Below the pieces are notes generated by a model, which did no database searches, had not been told where the DNA came from, and was given only the letters and a program-made list of their open reading frames with translations. Positions 62,231-64,000 of a DNA stretch of 64,000 nucleotides are shown piece by piece. The stretch's first letter is position 1; each line of letters starts with the position of its first letter. The stretch is taken from the NCBI RefSeq assembly GCF_009914755.1, contig NC_060932.1; one strand, written 5' to 3'. A program made the translations under genes and the position numbers. This DNA comes from the human T2T-CHM13v2.0 reference genome, Homo sapiens.

Positions 62231-64000
62231 GGAGACTCAGGACCTACTGACCCCGACAATCATCAGGCTCTGTCAAAAATCAGGTTCCCAATATGTGGCA
62301 AATGTCACAATTACTGTTAACACATGGCAGCTTAGGTGGTCATCTGCTCTTGGGTTTTAATCATCCCTGTGAGGTCTGAAGTCCCAGTGGCTTTCTGGGT
62401 TGGGTGGCCAGTCCCTGGCTGAGTTGAGGATCTGAGAAGCTGGCCTGGGGTGCAGTGGCTGAGTCCAGGCGTGAGTCTCCTGCCATCTGCTCAGCTGCTC
62501 TGCAGGCTGCCCGCGTGTGGTCAGCCTCCCCTGGGCTTGAACACATAAGGCTCTCAGGATTTGCTGGGGTGGAAGAGAAGGAGCCCTGGGCTTAGCACTG
62601 GAAAACCTGGTTTCCCGCGGCTCTGCCCCGTCCGGCCGGCCTCTGTGTCAAATGGGGCTCATAGGCTTGGGTCTGTGGTGGGGGTGACATCACGCATTGG
62701 GGCGGGGGTGGTGGAACATGGGGCATGAAAGGGCTCTGAGATGCCAGTGGGGACAGACTTGATGTGTGCTGTGCTCGTGGGGCTCAGTGGAGAGTCTGGT
62801 ACATTCCCCACCTTGGGAGCCCATACCACCCTCTGGGAGGATCCTACCCTGCCTGAAGGCCACCTCCTCAGAGAGGCCTCTGTGATTGCTCCCCCCAGCA
62901 ATCACAGGAGGGATGGGAATCAATGGTTCTGTGGGTCACATGCCACTTCCCATTGCCATAATCCTTTGCCTGGTTAGTGTGTGTCCCCCCGCCCCCACTG
63001 ACCAACCAGTGCCCTCTGAGTGTGGGTGATGGGGTTTGCTCACCCCTGACCCCCACCCAGCACCTATCATGGGGTCTGGAGCCCAGAGGGTGTTTGGCAG
63101 GTACACGTATGAATGGAAACGTGATAGGGGAGACCCAGGCACTGAGGGTAGCTGCAGGCTTCCTGGAGGAGGAGGGACTCTGGTCTGGTCTTGAGCATGA
63201 GGAGGTGTGTCCTGGGACATTCTGGGCAGAGAGAAGAGGGTGCCTGGAGATGTGACTCCTATAATCCCTCCCCCTCCTCACCTGTGAGGGAGGCAAGGGC
63301 AGAGGGGCCATGGGCCAGGCTGAAAAGCCGGTACTTGGTGTGTAGGCCATAGGGAGCCATGGAAGGTATGTGAGCAGCAGCAGGGTGGGGGCCACCATTG
63401 TGTCTCCAATCCTGTGCCAGGCCTTGCCGTAGGGGGGTGGCTTGCCGGGTGGGTGGGCAGCTGACATGGGCTCTTGACCCCAAGTCTAGTCTGGGCTGGA
63501 GGTGGGCTGCCCACTTACCAAACCTCAACCAAGCTGCCCTCAGAGACAAGCATGCGTGTACCTCCCTTGATACCTGCCCTGGTGAGGAGGCTGGGCTGGC
63601 TGGCTGGGTGAGGGTGGGGGACAGGAGGGGTGGTAGACTAGAGACCCCAATCAGGTGGGGAGACCAGTGGGCCCCTGGGGCCTCGATGGTGGAAGCAGGG
63701 CTGGCCCAGCGGTGGCCCTCTGGAGGCAGATCTGTGCTCTCCCATTTGGTTCTCTGGTTGGGGTCCTGAGCTGCCTGGGGGTGTCAGGGACATTGACAAG
63801 GAGAAGGCATAATGACATGGGTGACAGGCCCTGAGACCTGGGCCCGCAGCGAGGCAGGGGTCAGGGAGGCAGCGGCCAGGGGCTCACTGTGGCCTCGGAG
63901 GATGCCCAGGCCTGGGTGGCCCATTCCTCGCTGGACCCAGACCAAGACCAGAGGAGAAGGGGTGGCATCCTTTCTGGGGTTTGGGGATACAGGGGCCACG

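Overview
Human (primate) GC-rich genomic DNA that I recognise as chr8q24.3. The only well-supported protein-coding sequence is GPR20, an orphan class A GPCR. Its 358-aa CDS lies in one exon on the minus strand (2299-3375), with a non-coding first exon at about 12653-12738 and a 9.25-kb intron. A CpG-island promoter at about 37-38 kb, with a plus-strand donor at 37584, fits the non-coding first exon of PTP4A3 (PRL-3). That assignment rests on recalled synteny, because the PTP4A3 CDS is beyond the window end. A second CpG island at about 61-62 kb looks like an internal promoter. The rest is intronic or intergenic: Alu, MIR, L1, L2, MER5/MER6/MER30 and LTR16-like relics, plus many minisatellites. 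The other ORFs in the track look like GC-content artefacts, and I see no prokaryote-type system such as CRISPR or an operon. The best leads are regulatory: (1) a candidate upstream GPR20-strand promoter and exon near 20 kb; (2) an AP-1/FOX/MEF2/CArG intronic module; (3) a palindromic CRE at the start of a Gi-coupled receptor gene; (4) a MIR-seeded compound VNTR in that promoter; (5) an inverted pair of related 24-bp minisatellites bracketing it; (6) an NF-kB/STAT cluster and a candidate micro first exon in PTP4A3 intron 1. All motif-based claims were made by eye and need functional data.
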